This document shows, piece by piece, positions 46,876 to 55,024 of a stretch of 56,900 nucleotides of DNA; positions within the stretch are counted from its first letter, which is position 1; every line of letters starts with the position of its first letter. The notes below the pieces were generated by a model, which was not told the DNA's origin, did no database searches, and saw only the letters and a program-made list of their open reading frames with translations. Origin of the DNA: Candidatus Binatia bacterium (GTDB lineage Bacteria; Desulfobacterota; Binatia; UBA9968). The DNA lies in assembly GCA_040877705.1 (NCBI GenBank), contig JBBDNJ010000297.1, forward strand, positions 1 through 56,900. Reading direction: 5' to 3'. A program made the translations under genes and the position numbers.

Positions 46876-48881
46876 TGTTCACGGTGCAAGCTTGTGGACT
46901 TCCGGTGCTAGAACATCCGGCCTCCCGGGGGCCCCCCTTGTACCCTCACCAGGTTGCGATGTGGAAGGCATGGGAGGAGCACCCGGCGATGCTCCTCACA
47001 GCAAAGACGGGGACCGGTAAGACGCGGGCGGCGATGTTGCCGGTACTGAAGCGGCGCGAGGGGGCGGTGGCGGTGTATCCCACAAATGAGCTTTTGAGGG
47101 ATCAGGTGCGAGCTGTAGCGAAGTTTGCGACGGAAGAAGGAATCGAGCCGCTCGTGTGGTTGCCGGAAATGTGGCATGCCTCTGATCGAGCCGAGCTATA
47201 CAGCCGCGCAGCTCACGTCCTGATTCCTGTAGACGGCAACATTCTGGATCAATGGCAGGATGTGATGCACTGCAAAAGTCGGGGTGAAACGTTGCGACGG
47301 CTTTTCGATCCGGACAAGCCCAAGATCATCTTTACCAATCCGGATATTTTGTTTCTCATCCTGGGGCTTCGGTATCACGCCGAGCCCTTTGAAGCACTGA
47401 GGCGCTACGAGACGTTGATTCTGGATGAGTTCCACCTTTATCAGGGCGTAGAGCTGGCCCATGCCCTTGCTATGGTTGCACTTGCCCGCGGGTTCGGGAT
47501 CTTCCGGCGGTTAGTTTTGCTCTCCGCGACACCGCATCAGCAAGTCCGTTTATTGTTGGACCGGGCGATCAGTCCGACGATAATTGACTCGCATATCGAA
47601 ACGCATTCTGCATCTGGATGCTCGCGCACGGCGGTCCATTCCGTCGAGGTCGAGCCGATCCAACTTACGGGTGGGGACCCGATTGAAATTCTCCTTTCTC
47701 GAATTGTCGATCTTAGGCATGCACTCGAAAGATTGCGTAGCGACATCCCTGATGAGGACTACCTTCCGGCGGTGGTCATCGTTAATTCGGTTCTGAACGC
47801 CATCCGCCTGGAAGATCGGCTGGTGGAGTCGGGTTTTCCCCGAAACACTCTGGCGATCATCAGAGGGCTCTCGCACCGGGCTATAAGGGACACCAGAGGC
47901 AAACTCTTAGCGCTCGGAACCTCAGCCGTCGAGGTGGGGGTAGACTTTCGCTGCGATTATCTTTTCTTCGAGGCTTTGGAAGCCGCTTCGTTCCTTCAGC
48001 GGTTCGGCCGCGTGGGTCGTCATGGGCCAGGGAAGGCTATTGTTCTGGTGCCACCCAACGCGTTTCAGGGGATGAGCAGCATTCCGGGCGCCATCGATCG
48101 AGCCACGTTCGAGGAGCGCGTCTATGCCTGGTACCCGTCGGCAAGTGCATACCCTTGGTTCGTCACGACCGAAAGTGGCATGACAACCGTCAGAGCCCAG
48201 GGCGAGAACCTGATTTCAACAGTTCAGCAAGACCGAAACGTGACGCCAGAAGTAATTTCCAAGCTGCGCGAGAAGATCGATGCAATCCTGGCCGATCTTG
48301 CAGAGCGCCTCGGATGCCCGGATAGGAACCTACAGGCCAAAGGCGCCTTTGAGCGTTGCGCGACTGGGAAGAAAAGCGCCCACTGGCTTGATGTGTACCG
48401 CCGGTTGAACCGTTTCCGGACGTCGCTACCAAGTGTCAGGATTCATGACTTCATGGAGCAGAGCCGGCGCAAGGAATGGGATCTGGGCGAATATGACATT
48501 GACGTGGCCACTCTCCTGAAGCGCGCCGTGGGACTCACTTGGAACGATAAGTTGGAAACACTGACAATCAAGGGGCTCGGAAAATACCGCCGGGTCCATG
48601 CCAGCGAGATATTCAGTGACGACGACTGCGGTATGATTCACGAGACACAGAACTGGCCACAGTTGCGGCTCTACCAGGACGGTGAGTCAACACCAGTTTC
48701 GGATCTCATGGCACGTGAAAATCATATCTTCACGGTCGTCCCCAAGGTGGAGGTAGAATCCCAGTTGGATTGGCGATTGCCGGTGTTTGAAGCGGGTAGG
48801 TATCTGGTTGCCTTTGATGGAGCGGCGTTGTTGCTTTTGGAGCTCTGGAAAAAAACAAAAGAGGCAACAAGGGCAACGTGA
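46872..48881 (+). CDS. cas3: Cas3' superfamily-2 helicase without HD domain
   Basis: Has Walker A (AKTGTGKT), a DEFH box (LILDEFHLY), SAT (LLSATP) and motif VI (LQRFGRVGRHG). No HD motifs are present, consistent with the HD being on the large subunit as in type I-D. Confidence 0.8.
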   Translation: MMFTVQACGLPVLEHPASRGPPLYPHQVAMWKAWEEHPAMLLTAKTGTGKTRAAMLPVLKRREGAVAVYPTNELLRDQVRAVAKFATEEGIEPLVWLPEMWHASDRAELYSRAAHVLIPVDGNILDQWQDVMHCKSRGETLRRLFDPDKPKIIFTNPDILFLILGLRYHAEPFEALRRYETLILDEFHLYQGVELAHALAMVALARGFGIFRRLVLLSATPHQQVRLLLDRAISPTIIDSHIETHSASGCSRTAVHSVEVEPIQLTGGDPIEILLSRIVDLRHALERLRSDIPDEDYLPAVVIVNSVLNAIRLEDRLVESGFPRNTLAIIRGLSHRAIRDTRGKLLALGTSAVEVGVDFRCDYLFFEALEAASFLQRFGRVGRHGPGKAIVLVPPNAFQGMSSIPGAIDRATFEERVYAWYPSASAYPWFVTTESGMTTVRAQGENLISTVQQDRNVTPEVISKLREKIDAILADLAERLGCPDRNLQAKGAFERCATGKKSAHWLDVYRRLNRFRTSLPSVRIHDFMEQSRRKEWDLGEYDIDVATLLKRAVGLTWNDKLETLTIKGLGKYRRVHASEIFSDDDCGMIHETQNWPQLRLYQDGESTPVSDLMARENHIFTVVPKVEVESQLDWRLPVFEAGRYLVAFDGAALLLLELWKKTKEATRAT

Positions 48882-49082
48882 TTCGGGGTGGGTTTGGGAG
48901 CACGTTTCGCCTGTCTGTCGTGTCGGCACAGGCAGGGCGGATTATGTGTCATGGGGATTTTCAAAGCCGTGATCGTGTTCGTGGACGACGGATCGCACAG
49001 CGCGACCGGCGACTTGCGGAGCGTTTGTCCGTGATTCGGTTATAATAACTTGCGAGCAAATTAACTAAAGGAGAGTAACACG

Positions 49083-49376
49083 ATGAAAGTCTATAGGGGA
49101 ATCGTGAAAGGCAATACGATCTTGCTGGAAGAGAAGCCGGATTTGCCGGACGAATGTCCGGCGCTCGTGGAGATCAAGCCAATCGACGAGGCGCGGGACC
49201 GGGAGATCGCGCGGAGGCACATCGCATTGCTCAAGAAGGCGCCGCGCGTGGGTAAGTCGCTCTACAAGAAACGCGAGGAGCTTTATGAGGGGAGAAAAAG
49301 GGGACAGGCTGCTTTTGTGCACAAGCGCAAAGATGAAAAAGGATTGTGGTGCAGCGGTGCGGGCGGGATAGATTAG
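49083..49376 (+). CDS. DUF104/AF2212-like small antitoxin-type protein, paralog 1
   Basis: MKVYRGIVKGNTILLEEKPDLPDECPALVEI fits the pattern of small antitoxins of the 'MK.i.g.y.nG.i.l.e...LPeg..v.v.i' type. It is a paralog of the 49898-50116 gene. Confidence 0.5.
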   Translation: MKVYRGIVKGNTILLEEKPDLPDECPALVEIKPIDEARDREIARRHIALLKKAPRVGKSLYKKREELYEGRKRGQAAFVHKRKDEKGLWCSGAGGID

Positions 49377-49396
49377 GCGCGGGGAACCGGGAGCAA

Positions 49397-49801
49397 ATGA
49401 TTTCTAAAACGAATGCTATTACGTATGCTTTTCGCAAACCCAGATTTCCCTTGATCTGCGACCTTGGCGGTTTTCTCGTCGCCGCCGAATCGCCCGCCGC
49501 TTTGCAGCGCCGTCTTGCCGGTAGGGACCTTCCTACGGAGAGAAAAGTCCGGTTAGTCGACGCACGCGGGGAAGGCTGGATGCTCCTTCCAAACGAAATG
49601 ATCGTGGCTCCCGGCTTTACGACGAGAAGGTGGCGCAAGATCGAAATCATTCGCTTATTCAACGGCAGCCGCAACGCGAAAGAAACCGGCCAGCGCTATC
49701 CAGAACATGTGATAGCAAACAGACGCCTCGACGCCATCGTTTGCGAAATCGCAGCGCTTTTGTCTCGAGAATGGACCGCCGCTTCAAGACATCGTTGCTG
49801 A
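49397..49801 (+). CDS. hypothetical protein
   Basis: 134-aa ORF from ATG 49397, downstream of antitoxin-like paralog 1. No family was recognised. Confidence 0.3.
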   Translation: MISKTNAITYAFRKPRFPLICDLGGFLVAAESPAALQRRLAGRDLPTERKVRLVDARGEGWMLLPNEMIVAPGFTTRRWRKIEIIRLFNGSRNAKETGQRYPEHVIANRRLDAIVCEIAALLSREWTAASRHRC

Positions 49802-49897
49802 AGTGCATCGTATGAGACGCGAGACACGAAAACGATATACCTAAATCCCAGAAAACAGTTGGGAGATAGAGTAACCCGGCCAAAACCAGGAGGCAGA

Positions 49898-50116
49898 ATG
49901 AAACCATACCGAGGGGTTGTAAGAGGCAATACGGTGATCTTGGAGGAGACGCCGGAGGGGGCCGAGGGCGCGGAGGCGATCGTGTTGCTGAAAGTTTCTG
50001 AGGAGGAGGATCAGATAATTGTCCAGCGCCAGAAGGCGATGCTGCAAAAGGGCTTTCCGATGGGCAAATTACACTACAAAAAACGGGAAGAGTTGCACCG
50101 TGGAAATGAAAAATGA
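49898..50116 (+). CDS. DUF104/AF2212-like small antitoxin-type protein, paralog 2
   Basis: MKPYRGVVRGNTVILEETPEGAEGAEAIVLL...KLHYKKREELH parallels paralog 1 (..KSLYKKREELY). A GGAGG site lies upstream, and the stop overlaps the next ATG (ATGA). Confidence 0.55.
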   Translation: MKPYRGVVRGNTVILEETPEGAEGAEAIVLLKVSEEEDQIIVQRQKAMLQKGFPMGKLHYKKREELHRGNEK

Positions 50117-50454
50117 CTAGACGCGTAAAGTTGAAATCTAAGGACGCGGCGGCGCTGGAAGAATTTGTGCGAAGTTTGCGGTCCGCACTAGGGAAAAACT
50201 TGCTTGAGGCGAAACTCTTCGGTTCCAAGGCCACAGGAAGAGATCAACCGGATTCAGACATCGATGTGCTCGTCGTCGTGAATCAGAACGGCGTGGAGAC
50301 CGAGGATAGGGTTCTGGACATCGCGTTCGATGTCAACCTCAAGCATGACGTCTATATCTCGCCGCGGGTCATTGACCGCTCGATTCTCTCAGATCCGGTA
50401 TGGAGCATCACGCCTTTTCTTCGGGCCGTTGCAAAAGAAGGGATTCCGCTTTGA
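50113..50454 (+). CDS. minimal nucleotidyltransferase (MNT-type) protein
   Basis: LFGSKATGRDQPDSDIDVLVVV matches the GSxxxG...DxD polymerase-beta-type nucleotidyltransferase motif of MNT components of MNT/HEPN modules. Confidence 0.8.
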   Translation: MTRRVKLKSKDAAALEEFVRSLRSALGKNLLEAKLFGSKATGRDQPDSDIDVLVVVNQNGVETEDRVLDIAFDVNLKHDVYISPRVIDRSILSDPVWSITPFLRAVAKEGIPL

Positions 50455-50499
50455 AGGCGGAACGAAAAAAAATGAGCGATGGGAAGATGAGCTGAAAAG

Positions 50500-51087
50500 A
50501 TGGCTGACCGGGACGATAAATCACGCCCTAATTTGATTGCACCGCACGGCGGCTATCGCGAGCTGAAGTCTTATCAGAACGCGGAGATAGTCTATGACGC
50601 AACCCTTGCGTTCTGCGATAGGTTTGTCAGCCGTCGTTCGCGTACGCATGACCAGATGGTACAGGCTGCGCGCAGCGGTAAGCAAAATATCGCCGAAGGC
50701 AGCATGGCATCAGGCACGTCAAAGAAAACCGAACTCAAGCTGGTGGGCGTGGCGCGGGCCAGCCTCGAAGAGCTGCTGCTGGACTACGAGGATTATTTGC
50801 GGCAGCACGGACTGGAGATCTGGGAAAAAACCCACTCAACCGCTCAGGTTGTCAGAAAGCTGGCTTACGCCAGCAATAGGTCCTATGGGTCGTATAAGCC
50901 CTATATTGAAGAAAACTCCCCGGCCCTTGCCGCGAATACGCTGATTTGCCTGGTTCACCAAACGAACTATCTGCTCGACCAGCAACTACGCCAGCTTGAA
51001 CAGCAGTTTTTGGAAGAGGGCGGCTTTACGGAGAAACTCTATCGAGTCCGAAGCCAGGCAAGGAAGAGTCGAGGCTATGGCAAGTGA
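50500..51087 (+). CDS. four-helix-bundle protein (23S rRNA intervening-sequence / Avd-like family) with suffix domain
   Basis: YRELKSYQNAEIVYDATLAFCDRF...MVQAARSGKQNIAEGS is the characteristic pattern of this family. Confidence 0.7.
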   Translation: MADRDDKSRPNLIAPHGGYRELKSYQNAEIVYDATLAFCDRFVSRRSRTHDQMVQAARSGKQNIAEGSMASGTSKKTELKLVGVARASLEELLLDYEDYLRQHGLEIWEKTHSTAQVVRKLAYASNRSYGSYKPYIEENSPALAANTLICLVHQTNYLLDQQLRQLEQQFLEEGGFTEKLYRVRSQARKSRGYGK

Positions 51088-51310
51088 TTCTGCGCTTTTG
51101 GTCAAAACAGGGAAGTTTACCGCAGAGCACCAGAGAGTTTTACAGGACGCTTTTACGGATCGGAGCGCGGGAGACTATGCGGGCGTATTCCCTGCCCGCG
51201 AAGAGGTGGAGCGCCGCTTTGTGGAAGCCGTCTTTATCCGCTTTGATGAGGACCGAAGTGTCAACGACGATCTTCTCGGCCATAACGACTATCTCGGTAG
51301 TAGCGAATGA
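51077..51310 (+). pseudogene. possible N-terminally truncated HEPN-domain gene (partner of the MNT gene)
   Basis: ALLVKTGKFTAEHQRVLQDAF.DRSAGDY resembles the C-terminal half of small HEPN proteins (..sH.gv...f ... R..gDY). The N-terminal helices are missing. It overlaps the 4HB gene end and the RHH gene end. Confidence 0.3.
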
Positions 51311-51524
51311 TGTCCGTCGAGTCCCACTGGCCGACCCAATGCTGTTCGAGTTTTCTCAAAGGGGCGAGGGCCGTTTCCCACTTGCTCGTTCCCTTTCGTG
51401 TCTTGGCCATTTGCGCACGCAAAGCGTCGCGAATGACATCGCCTCGCGAGCGGCGCTGGCTCTTTGCGGCACTGTCTGCTTTCTTCAAAACTTCGTCGGG
51501 TATGGAGACCATTACTTTAGCCAT
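51261..51524 (-). CDS. ribbon-helix-helix (CopG/MetJ-type) antitoxin-like protein
   Basis: MAKVMVSIPDEVLKKADSAAKSQRRSRGDVIRDALRAQM is a typical RHH N-terminus. ATG 51524 lies behind a GGAGGAG site. It is divergent from cas6. Confidence 0.65.
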   Translation of the reverse strand: MAKVMVSIPDEVLKKADSAAKSQRRSRGDVIRDALRAQMAKTRKGTSKWETALAPLRKLEQHWVGQWDSTDIIRYYRDSRYGREDRR

Positions 51525-51649
51525 GGAGCACTCCTCCGGCACAATATAGCCTTTGCTTTTGAGGCCGGCAAACCGTGCCTTTCTTTTGATGTTCGCGATA
51601 AACGCTTTGTTGGCACGGATTCCCGACTAGCCCTGGAAGGTAGCTGAGA

Positions 51650-52621
51650 ATGGATAAAGATTTCTCTCTTCACCACTTCCGTTTCCACCTTGAGCCCAAA
51701 GCGTCGTTGCACATGCCCGCATACAACAAGGGCAATGTGATCCGCGGTGGGTTCGGCGGCACGTTTCGGCGGATTGTTTGCCATGCCAATTGCCGGGAGC
51801 CGGAGACTTGCGAACTGCGGAATGTATGTCCGTACACGGCGGTGTTTCATCCGTTCGTTCCTGAGGGTTCGGAGAAGGTCAGCAAGAACCGGGATATTCC
51901 GCGGCCTTTTGTCATCAAGCCGCCGTTGGAGACGAAGGAAACCTATTTGCCGGGTGAGCGCCTGTCGTTCGATATGGTGCTGGTGGGAAAAGTCAAAGGC
52001 TACCTGCCGTACTTCATCGTGACCTTCAAGGAGCTTTCTCAGGCGGGACTCGGACGCGGCAGAGCGCCAATGGAGTTGGTTTCTGTCGGTCACGTGAGCC
52101 GCGACGGCGATGAGACGCCGGTCTATACGAGAGAAAACAACTTGGTTCAACCGCCGGCTAGCGCTATCTCGTGGGCGGATTTGTCCGCTTCTCATAGCTC
52201 GAACAATGGCGCCAGTGACATTACCCGAGTCACATTGAAATTCCTGACGCCGACGATGTTGAAAGCAAATGGGTCTCCCGTACGTAAGCCCGCCTTTGCA
52301 CCGGTTGCCAAGCGTCTTCGGGACCGTATCAACGCATTGTCCTATTTTTATTGCGGCACTGCCCTGGACATCGACTTTAAGGGCTTTGGCGAAGACTCCG
52401 ATAAAATTGTAACGATTGCGGATTCTACTCGATGGGTGGAGTCGTCGCGCTATTCGCGCCGTCGTGACGTGAACCATGATCTGAGTGGTTTTACAGGCGA
52501 GGTTTCTTTCGAAGGAGACTTGGGGCCGTTTATGCCGTATCTCAAGTTGGGCGAGTATCTGCACGTCGGCAAGAATGCCGTCTTCGGCAACGGCTGGTAT
52601 CGAATCGTCGACGCGATATAG
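51650..52621 (+). CDS. cas6: Cas6-family CRISPR RNA endoribonuclease (RAMP)
   Basis: 323 aa with an N-terminal RAMP-like region (FRFHLEPKASLHMPAYNKGNVIRGGFG) and a C-terminal glycine-rich loop (HVGKNAVFGNGWY). It lies directly upstream of cas1. Confidence 0.75.
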   Translation: MDKDFSLHHFRFHLEPKASLHMPAYNKGNVIRGGFGGTFRRIVCHANCREPETCELRNVCPYTAVFHPFVPEGSEKVSKNRDIPRPFVIKPPLETKETYLPGERLSFDMVLVGKVKGYLPYFIVTFKELSQAGLGRGRAPMELVSVGHVSRDGDETPVYTRENNLVQPPASAISWADLSASHSSNNGASDITRVTLKFLTPTMLKANGSPVRKPAFAPVAKRLRDRINALSYFYCGTALDIDFKGFGEDSDKIVTIADSTRWVESSRYSRRRDVNHDLSGFTGEVSFEGDLGPFMPYLKLGEYLHVGKNAVFGNGWYRIVDAI

Positions 52622-52712
52622 GGAGTCAACCGAAGAATTACACAATTTGTTCGGATTACTCGGCTGGAACAGTTGGGCAGTTGAACGTTGAACGTTTGAA
52701 CACGAGGTTGTT

Positions 52713-53903
52713 ATGGCTGACGAGGCTCTAAGCGAAATTGTTCAAGCACCACAAGCCGAACGCTATTCGCACGCTCAATTCAATTTATTTACCGGTGCGG
52801 CCGAGCTGATTCCCGTCGACGTTGCCGAGCCGGCTGAAGAAGACCGCCAGATGCGGATCGACGAAGGCATTTCGCTCGTCAAGAGCGAAGACGGCTCGCA
52901 GCTCATCCTTTCCGGCTATGGGTTATTCTTGAGCAAGAAGAGCGAGCGGCTCCTCGTGCGCAAGGGCAAGGACGTGATCTACCAGTTTCCATTCTTTCGA
53001 ATCAAAGAGGTCGTGGTCGGTTCGAAGGGGATTAGCCTGTCCACGGATTTCCTGGAAGAGGTGTGCTTGCGAGGGATTCGGTTGAGCTTCCTGGACTTTT
53101 CCGGCAAGCCATACGCCATGCTTACCTCGCCGATGCTGACCGCCACGGTGCAAGCGCGGCGGGAGCAGATACTGGCCTTCACCGACAAGCGCGGCGTGGA
53201 ATTTTCCAAGGCGGTGGTTTTGGGGAAAATCAAGAATCAGGAGCGGCTGCTGCGCTACTTCGGAAAGTATATCAAGCAGCAGTCGGAGGATCGCTTTTCC
53301 CGGATCGATGCAATGGCCGGCCAACTAAGACTGCTATGGAAGAAAGTGCCGGTCATCGATGGCAGCTCGGTCAACGAAACTCGGGGAACTCTCATGGGAA
53401 CGGAGGGAACCGCCGGCCGGATCTATTGGGAAGCCGTGAAAGAGATCATCGGCCATCGAGTCGAGTTCTTTGGCCGCGAGCACCGCGGCGCGACTGACGG
53501 GGTGAACTCTCTGCTGAACTATGGCTACGGTATTCTCTATTCTCAGATCTGGGGCGCCGTGCTGAATGCCGGTCTCGAGCCGTTCGCCGGTTTTCTCCAC
53601 GTCGATCGGCCCGGCAAACCATCGCTCGTCCTGGATATGGTCGAAGAATTTCGCCAATCGGTTGTCGATCGGACGGTGATCGCCCATATCAACGTGGGCA
53701 CGAACATCGGCATGAAAGACGGCTTGTTAGACGCGGACACGAGGAAAAACATCGGCGACAAGATCGTCGAACGCCTGTTCGCCACCGAGACCTATCACGG
53801 GAAGCAGTATCAGATTCGTTCGATCATTCAGATGCAGGCAAGAAAATTATCGGGTTTTCTGCGCGGCGAGGGAGCGTATAAAGCGTTCTCGTTCAAATGG
53901 TAA
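52713..53903 (+). CDS. cas1: Cas1 integrase
   Basis: Has NSLLNYGYGILYS and AGFLHVDRPGKPSLVLDMVEEFR (the conserved Cas1 His / Asp-Glu block). The real start may be the internal ATG at 52851 (MRIDEG...), which would give a more typical length. Confidence 0.9.
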   Translation: MADEALSEIVQAPQAERYSHAQFNLFTGAAELIPVDVAEPAEEDRQMRIDEGISLVKSEDGSQLILSGYGLFLSKKSERLLVRKGKDVIYQFPFFRIKEVVVGSKGISLSTDFLEEVCLRGIRLSFLDFSGKPYAMLTSPMLTATVQARREQILAFTDKRGVEFSKAVVLGKIKNQERLLRYFGKYIKQQSEDRFSRIDAMAGQLRLLWKKVPVIDGSSVNETRGTLMGTEGTAGRIYWEAVKEIIGHRVEFFGREHRGATDGVNSLLNYGYGILYSQIWGAVLNAGLEPFAGFLHVDRPGKPSLVLDMVEEFRQSVVDRTVIAHINVGTNIGMKDGLLDADTRKNIGDKIVERLFATETYHGKQYQIRSIIQMQARKLSGFLRGEGAYKAFSFKW

Positions 53904-54065
53904 CCGGCCGGACATAACGTTGTTTAGCGCGTAGAATTCGGCTCAGTCAAAAAGGTTCCAGATGCAAGGCGCGCGAGAATCGACGAGCGGAGGCGTACGT
54001 TGCAGTACGTTGGAGCGAGTCGGTTAAGTGCAACGAAGCAGATGGGCCTTTTTCAGTGAGCCGTT

Positions 54066-54344
54066 ATGGAAGAGCTTAGGACGCTGGTCATCTACGACAT
54101 CGAGAACGACAAGATTCGCTTGAGGATCTCGGAGACTTGTCTCGACTACGGGCTGGTCCGCATTCAGTACAGCGCTTTTCTCGGAACGCTTAACCGGAAT
54201 AAGCGCGAGGAATTGTTTTTAAAGCTCTCGTCCATACTGGATGACAATGCCGGAAAGATTCTTGTTCAGCCGATCTGCAATAAAGATCTAAGAGACGTAT
54301 TGCTCAAAGAAAACGGCAAACCGGCTGCGTCGGAGGTTTTGTGA
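54066..54344 (+). CDS. cas2: Cas2
   Basis: 92 aa. The N-terminal LVIYDIENDKIRLRISETCLDYGLVRIQYSAF is the typical Cas2 beta1-alpha1 pattern. Confidence 0.85.
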   Translation: MEELRTLVIYDIENDKIRLRISETCLDYGLVRIQYSAFLGTLNRNKREELFLKLSSILDDNAGKILVQPICNKDLRDVLLKENGKPAASEVL

Positions 54345-54916
54345 TCTCTATCCGGGTTAACGACATCAAGCAGTACGCCTATTGTCCGAGGGTTGTTTTC
54401 TATCAGTATTGCATGCCGGTGGAGAAGAAAGCGACCTGGAAGATGGAACAAGGAAAGATCGCGGAAGAACGGATCGACCAGTTAGAGAAGCGAAGAAAGC
54501 TACGCGAGTACCGCCTGGAGGAGGGAAGCAGAAAGTTTCACGTTTGGATGAGTTCCAAGCGGCTTGGGCTGAGTGGAAAACTTGATTTGCTAATCGACAG
54601 TCCGGAAGGGCTATTTCCGGTCGATTTCAAAATGACCACCGGCCGGCCCCACAAGAATCATCTTTTTCAGTTATGTGGATATGCGCTCTTGCTGGAAGAC
54701 CAATATGGCCGGGAAGTAAGCAAAGGTTTTGTTTACCTGATTCCACATGACGACGCGGTCGTGTTTGATCTCACAGAGGCGGTTAAGTCGGAAACTGAAA
54801 GGATGATCGATGAGATGCGGCGAATGATCGAGGAGGAGAAAATGCCGCCGCCGACCCCGGTCAGGAATCGATGCGCGGATTGTGAGTATAGAAATTTTTG
54901 CGGGGATATTTTTTAA
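54341..54916 (+). CDS. cas4: Cas4 RecB-like nuclease with Fe-S cluster cysteines
   Basis: N-terminal Cys (YAYCPRVVFY), a RecB motif (GKLDLL...LFPVDFK), QLCGYALLLE, and a C-terminal CADCEYRNFC. The GTG start overlaps the cas2 stop (GTGA). Confidence 0.88.
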   Translation: MISIRVNDIKQYAYCPRVVFYQYCMPVEKKATWKMEQGKIAEERIDQLEKRRKLREYRLEEGSRKFHVWMSSKRLGLSGKLDLLIDSPEGLFPVDFKMTTGRPHKNHLFQLCGYALLLEDQYGREVSKGFVYLIPHDDAVVFDLTEAVKSETERMIDEMRRMIEEEKMPPPTPVRNRCADCEYRNFCGDIF

Positions 54917-55024
54917 GAAGTGAGTTTCGCAAACCTGGGCGATTTTCATGCAGAAAGTGAAGTTGCGAAGAAAGGATGTGGACATGGTGTTAAAAGTCTT
55001 TATTTTTTCGTCACCTGCAAAGCG
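54917..55024 (+). promoter_or_regulatory. putative CRISPR leader
   Basis: 108-nt non-coding segment between the cas4 stop and the first repeat. It is AT-richer near the array (AAAAGTCTTTATTTTTTCG). Confidence 0.5.

Noticed and set aside
38642-48881. Possibility that the locus is type III, given the Cas10-like large subunit, the CARF neighbour and the HEPN gene.
   Set aside because: - No GGDD cyclase motif was found in the large subunit.
- Only one Cas7-like and one Cas5-like gene are present, rather than several Csm/Cmr RAMPs.
- An SF2 Cas3' helicase is present and the repeat is I-D-like.

I therefore prefer a type I-D-like classification. It still needs profile confirmation.
50330-50536. 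Tail of this ORF (..NERWEDELKRWLTGT..) as the missing N-terminal helix of the HEPN partner of the MNT gene.
   Set aside because: - The frame has no start codon after the MNT stop.
- The similarity is only a vague helical pattern.
- It overlaps the MNT coding region for most of its length.

This is too weak to call.
51512-52645. 377-aa ORF on the minus strand covering the whole cas6 region.
   Set aside because: It is antisense to an ORF with clear Cas6/RAMP features (glycine-rich loop, operon position). Its own sequence is Arg-rich and low-complexity, as expected for a shadow frame in GC-rich coding DNA.
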